Made by a program: the position numbers and the translations under genes. Of a stretch of DNA of 64,000 nt, positions 15,801 to 21,800 are shown in pieces (positions within the stretch are counted from its first letter, which is position 1; every line of letters begins with the position of its first letter). The DNA is taken from contig JAMOMC010000182.1 in NCBI GenBank assembly GCA_027068765.1, positions 2,955 through 66,954 of the forward strand, given 5' to 3'. The notes below the pieces were generated by a model. That model was not told the origin of the DNA. It made no database searches and worked only from the letters and a program-made list of their open reading frames with translations. This DNA comes from Campylobacterales bacterium. Lineage in GTDB: Bacteria; Campylobacterota; Campylobacteria; Campylobacterales; QNZT01.

Positions 15801-18800
15801 GATAAAGTTTATAGCTGATAGTACATTTAGTGGTGATTTTGTAGACTCTACTGTTGAGGTAGACTCTACTGTAACATTAACTACAACAATCGCTACAATA
15901 GATGGCAAAAGTGCTACAAATAACGGAATTATAAAAGTGACAAACTTGGAGACAAAAGCAAATGCTGATATCTCGGCAATAGGTGGAGATGTAGAGGTTG
16001 ATTCAAATACAACAGTTACTTTTATAGGTAAGTTTGGTAATGCTGATGTAACAGTAAGTAGTGGAACATTGACTTTAGGCATGAGTACTAATGCTGATTA
16101 TGGGATAGGAGTTAAAACAGTAGATAGTGGAGCAACTCTACAAGCTAAAGCATCACTTTTAAGTACAGAAAATATTATAAATAGTGGAACAGTTGATATA
16201 ACAGATTTAGATAGTACACTAGATGCTGATTTTTCAAATATAACAGGCACAAAAACAGCCACATGGGATAGTGCAACCAATGATTTTATAGGAGATTTAA
16301 ATGATACAAGTGTAACAATTAGTGCAGGGAAGATGACAATAACTGAAACAAAACTTGGAGATAGTATTATAACTGGAGCTGGTAGTATAGATGTAGAAGT
16401 TACAGCAAATTCAAGTAAAGATTTTGTAAATTTAGCTCTAACTACTGCAACAAGTGAGACAATTATATTTAAAACAAACAACTCTATATTTACTGGAAAT
16501 TTTCGAGATTCTAATGTTAGTGTAGAGGGAGTTACTCTAAATGTTAACTCAACGATAGTTGATGGAGTAGATATAACAAATACAGGAGTTGTAAATGTTG
16601 CTAATTTACAAAACTCTTTTGCAATTGATTTAACAAGTATTAGTGGAGGAGTTGTAAATGCTGATTGGAGTGGGAATGCTACATTTACAGGAGATTTAAG
16701 TACATCAAATTTGACGGTAAGTACTGGTGTTATGACAATTGATAATGGTGCTACAATAGCAGATGCTTCATCTATCGTTGTAAATACTGTTATGGAAGCA
16801 GATGCTACTAAAATAAGTGGTGATACAATTTCAGGAACTGGTACACTAAATGTCAATAACTTAGATAGTAAATTAGATGCAAGTTTTACAAACTTAACAA
16901 CAGATACTCTAAATGTTGATTGGAATAGCCTAACTGCAACATATGCAGGAGATCTTGATAATGTTGATACTCTTAGTATATCTGGTGGTATCATGAGTGT
17001 AGCTGATACAATACTTGGCTCAACTTCGGTTATAGGAAGTGGTGCATTAACTATAATTGTAAATGATGCTATTTTAGTAGATATTACAAATGTTGCGAAT
17101 ACAGGAGCTTTAACTCTTGATTTGGCTGAGAGTATTGATTTAAGTGCAAGAAGTGATTTGGCAAATGTTGATACATTCTCAATAGCAAACTCAAAAATAC
17201 TTACTCTAACAGATGACTTAGTTGATACAAAAATAGTTGATGGCAGTGGTAGAGTTCTTATAAAAGTAGATGATAGTTCACTTGATAGTGATTTATCTGG
17301 AGTTGATAATGCTACTTTGGTTACTTTGGATTTGGCAGATGATATTAATTTAACAGCTGCTAGTAACATGGATAAAGTAGATACTTTTAATATCGCAAAT
17401 ACAAAAACTCTTACTATCAATGATGAACAAGTAGGCACAACTGAACTTGACGGTGGTGGAGAGATGCTTATCGTGATGAATAATAGTGTAGATTTTGATT
17501 TAACAAACTTAACTAAAACATCAGGAACTATAAAGGCATCAGCACAAGGAAGTGTTGATTTGAGTGCTGAAGTTACTACACAAGTAGATAGTTTTGAGAT
17601 AACAGGAGCAAATGATTTAACACTTACAGATGCACAAACTGGCACAAAAATAGTTGATGGTGCAGGTGATTTCACAGTTAAAGTAGATGATACATCACTC
17701 GATACAACTTTTACAGGAGTTGCAAATACAGGAACACTTACTTTGGATCTAAATGATGATATTTTATTAGATGCAAAAGATATTAGTAAAGTAGATATTT
17801 TTGATATAGCCAACACAAAATCAGCAACTCTATTAGATACTCAAGCACAAAATATCACTCTTGAAGGTGGTGGAGAGATAGTTGTAAAAGTAGATAATGA
17901 AGCCCAATTTGATGTAGATAGTATCATAAAAACAAGTGGGACAATCAAAGCTCAAATAGATGCAGATGTTGATTTGAGTAGCGAAACCACTACAAAAGTA
18001 GATAGTTTTGATATAGCTGGAACAAATGAGTTAACATTAACAGATAATCAAGTGGTAACAAACACAATCACAGGTGCATCAGGAGGAAAATTAATTGTAA
18101 AAGTTGATAATGGAACTTTAGCAACTGATTTTTCAAATGTAAGTAGTAGTGGAGATATAACATTGGATTTGGTGAGTTTGATTGATTTGAGTCTGAATAC
18201 TAACTTGGTAAAAGTAGATGTTTACAACATCGCAAATAAACTCACCATCAAAGATAGTGATGTAACTGGTAAAGTTGTAACAGGAGATACTTTTGATTTG
18301 GTTATAGAAACCTCTTCTGTTGATGTTGATTTAACAAATGTTGCAGTTGGTGTTAATACAACAATGCAGTTTGTAAGTAGTGTTATTTATGTAGGAGATA
18401 CAACAAATATAGATGAGATTTTAGTAGATGGTGGAGAAACTTTAACTATCTCTATAGATAAGATAGACTCTAAAACTGTAACAAACAGCGGAACAATAGA
18501 GGTAACAAACCTAGATACAAAAACAGATGCGGATCTATCACTCATAGATGGAACAACAATAGCAACATCAAACACAAATGTAACATTTACAGGAAATTTA
18601 GGCACAGTTGCATTAACAGTAGATGGTAGTACAACATTTACAGCAGATGCTAGTGTTGTAAGTGGAAAAAGTATTACAAACAGCGGAACAGTAGCTATTA
18701 CAAATCTTGATGGAACACTAAATGCAGACTTATCAACAATAACAGGCACAAAAACAGTTACATGGGATATAGACAGTGGAGTTTTTATAGGAGATTTAAG

Positions 18801-21800
18801 TGATGCTACAGTTACAGTAGCTAGTGGAACATTAACAGCAGATGTAAATAAACTAAGTGGAAAAAATATTAGTGGGGCAGGTAATGTAGTTGTGGATAAC
18901 CTTGATACTCTTTCAACTGCTAACTTATCAACAATTACAACTACAACCTTAAATGCAAAATCAAATGGTAATGTAACATTTACAGGAGATTTAGCAACTG
19001 CAAGTCTAGAAGTAACAGCTGGAACTTTTACAGTTACAGATGATGTTTTAGGTGCAAATGCTGTTACAGGTGTTGGTTCAATTGTTGTTTTAGTTAATGG
19101 AGATTCAGCTCAAAACTTTAATACAATAAATGCAACACTAAATGAGACTATACAATTTACAACAGATTCAACATTTACAGGAGATTTTTCTAATGCAGAT
19201 AGTGTTAGTGTAGATAGTGGAAGAACTTTAACATTAACTGATGATAGAGCAGCTGGATATACTATCACAGGTAATGGTAATACAAAAGTACAAATAGATA
19301 CAAGCTCATCAGATGCATTTGCAAATATTCAAACGCTAGGAGCAAATATTGCAGAGTTTACGGCAACATCAACTTTTAGTGGAGATTTGACAAATTTTAA
19401 TTCTGTAGAAGTTAGTGGAGGTATTTTAACTATAGCTGATAGTATTTTAGGTGCAAATGCTACTACAGGAGCTGGTGCAATTGTTGTTTTAGTTGATGGT
19501 AATTCATCACAAGATTTTAATAACTTAAGTTTAAGTGGAACAGAAACTATACAATTTACTGCAAGTTCAACTTTTACAGGTGATTTTAGAAACTCGCAAA
19601 TTTTAGTAGACAGTGGACAAACTTTAACTACTTCCATAGATAAGATAGATAGTAAAACTGTAACAAACAATGGAACAATAGAGATAACAAATCTAGATAC
19701 AAAAACAGATGCAGATCTTTCATTAATAGATGGAACAGCAATAGCAACATCAAACACAGATGTAACATTTATTGGAAATTTAGGAACAGTTGCATTAACA
19801 GTAAATGGCAGTACAACATTTACAGCAGATGCAGGTATTGTAAGTGGTAAGAGTATCACAAACAGTGGAACGGTAGATATTACAAATCTTGATGGAACAT
19901 TAGATGCAGATTTATTAACAATATCTGGTACAAAAACTGCCACTTGGGATGGTACAGGAATATTTATAGGAGATTTAAGTGATGCTACGGTCACGGTGGC
20001 TAGTGGGACATTAACAGCAGATGCAAGTAAACTAAGTGGAAAAAGTATTAGTGGTGTAGGAGCTGTAGTTGTAGATAATCTTGATGATTTTTTAAATGCT
20101 GATTTAGGAGCAATTACGACTACAACTCTAAATGCTGATTGGAGCGGAACTGCAATATATAATGGAAATCTTACAAATGTTGACACTTTAAATATATCAA
20201 GTGGAGTTATGAGTGTAGCTGATACAACACTTGGATTTACTTTAGTTACTGGTGGTGGAGGTTTGACACTAACGGTAAATGATGTAACATTGGAGAGTTT
20301 AGCTAATGTCTCAAATACTGGAACTTTAACTCTTGATTTAGCTGAAACAATTGATCTTAGTGCAAAAGTTGACTTAGGCAATGTTGATGTTTATAATATT
20401 GCAAATACAAAAACTTTAACTTTACTTGATACTCAAATAGATGCAAATAGTGCTACAGGAGCAGGAAGTTTAGTTATAAAAACTGATACAACAAGTGTTG
20501 ATTTAAGTTTAGTTGCAATTGGAGTTAATACAACAATGCAGTTTGTAGAAGATATAACTTATACAGGAGATACAACAAATATAGATGAGATTTTAGTAGA
20601 TAGTGGAAAAGCTTTAACTATATCTATAGGTAAGATAGATGGAAAAAGTGTAACAAACAGTGGAACGATAGAAGTGACAGATTTAGATACAAAAGCAGAT
20701 GCAGATTTATCACTGATAGATGGAACAGTAACAGCAACATCAAACACAGATGTAACATTTACTGGTGATTTAGGAGCAGTTGCATTGACAGTAGATAATA
20801 GTACAACATTTACAGCAGATGCAAGTATCGTAAGTGGTAAAAGTATTACAAACAGTGGATCTGTAGCTATAACAAACCTTGATGGGACTCTAAATGCAGA
20901 CCTTTCAACAATAACAGGAGTTAAAACAGCTACATGGAATGGTGCAACTGCAACTTTTACAGGAGATTTAAGTGATGCTACAATTACAGTAAATGGTGGA
21001 ATATTAACAGCAGATGTAAGTAAATTAAGTGGAAAAAGTATCAGTGGAGCAGGAGCTGTAGTTGTAGATAATCTTAATACTCTTTCAACTGCTGATTTAT
21101 CAACCATCATAACAACTTTAAATGCAAAATCAAATGCTAATGTAACATTTACTGGTAATTTAGGAAGTGCAGACTTAGAGGTAACGGCTGGAACTTTTAC
21201 AGTAGATGAGAGTATTTTAGGGGGCAATAGTGTGAGTGGAAGTGGAGGGATTGTTATCGATGTATATGGTAGTTTATCACAAGATTATAGTACAATTGCA
21301 ACTTCTTTGACATCTGAAATTAAGTTTAGAGCAAATTCTGAATTTACTGGTGATTTTGGAAATATAGATACTATTGAAGTCTATAGTTCAAATAGATTAA
21401 CACTTACAGATGATGTACTTGGCACTCATAATATTATTGGAGCAGGTAGTGTGACTGTTCAAATTGATTCAAACTCTTCTAATCTTTTTACAAATGTCCT
21501 AACAACAGGGGCATCGGTGACAAATATTGCAGAGTTTACGGCGACATCTACTTTTAGTGGAAGTTTGGCAAAATTTAAAAGTATTGAAGTGAGTGCTGGA
21601 GAACTTAGCATCGCTGATACTATCATTCAAAGTGTGATAGATGGTCCTGGAAGTATTACTGGTGCTGGAAAGATTAAGGTGACTATAGCTAATGATTCAG
21701 CTATTGATTTAACAGATATTGGTGTTGGTGCGAGTGATGAGAGTGTTGAGTTTACAGCTGACTCTACTTTTAGTGGAGATTTTGGAAATACAGGAACTAT

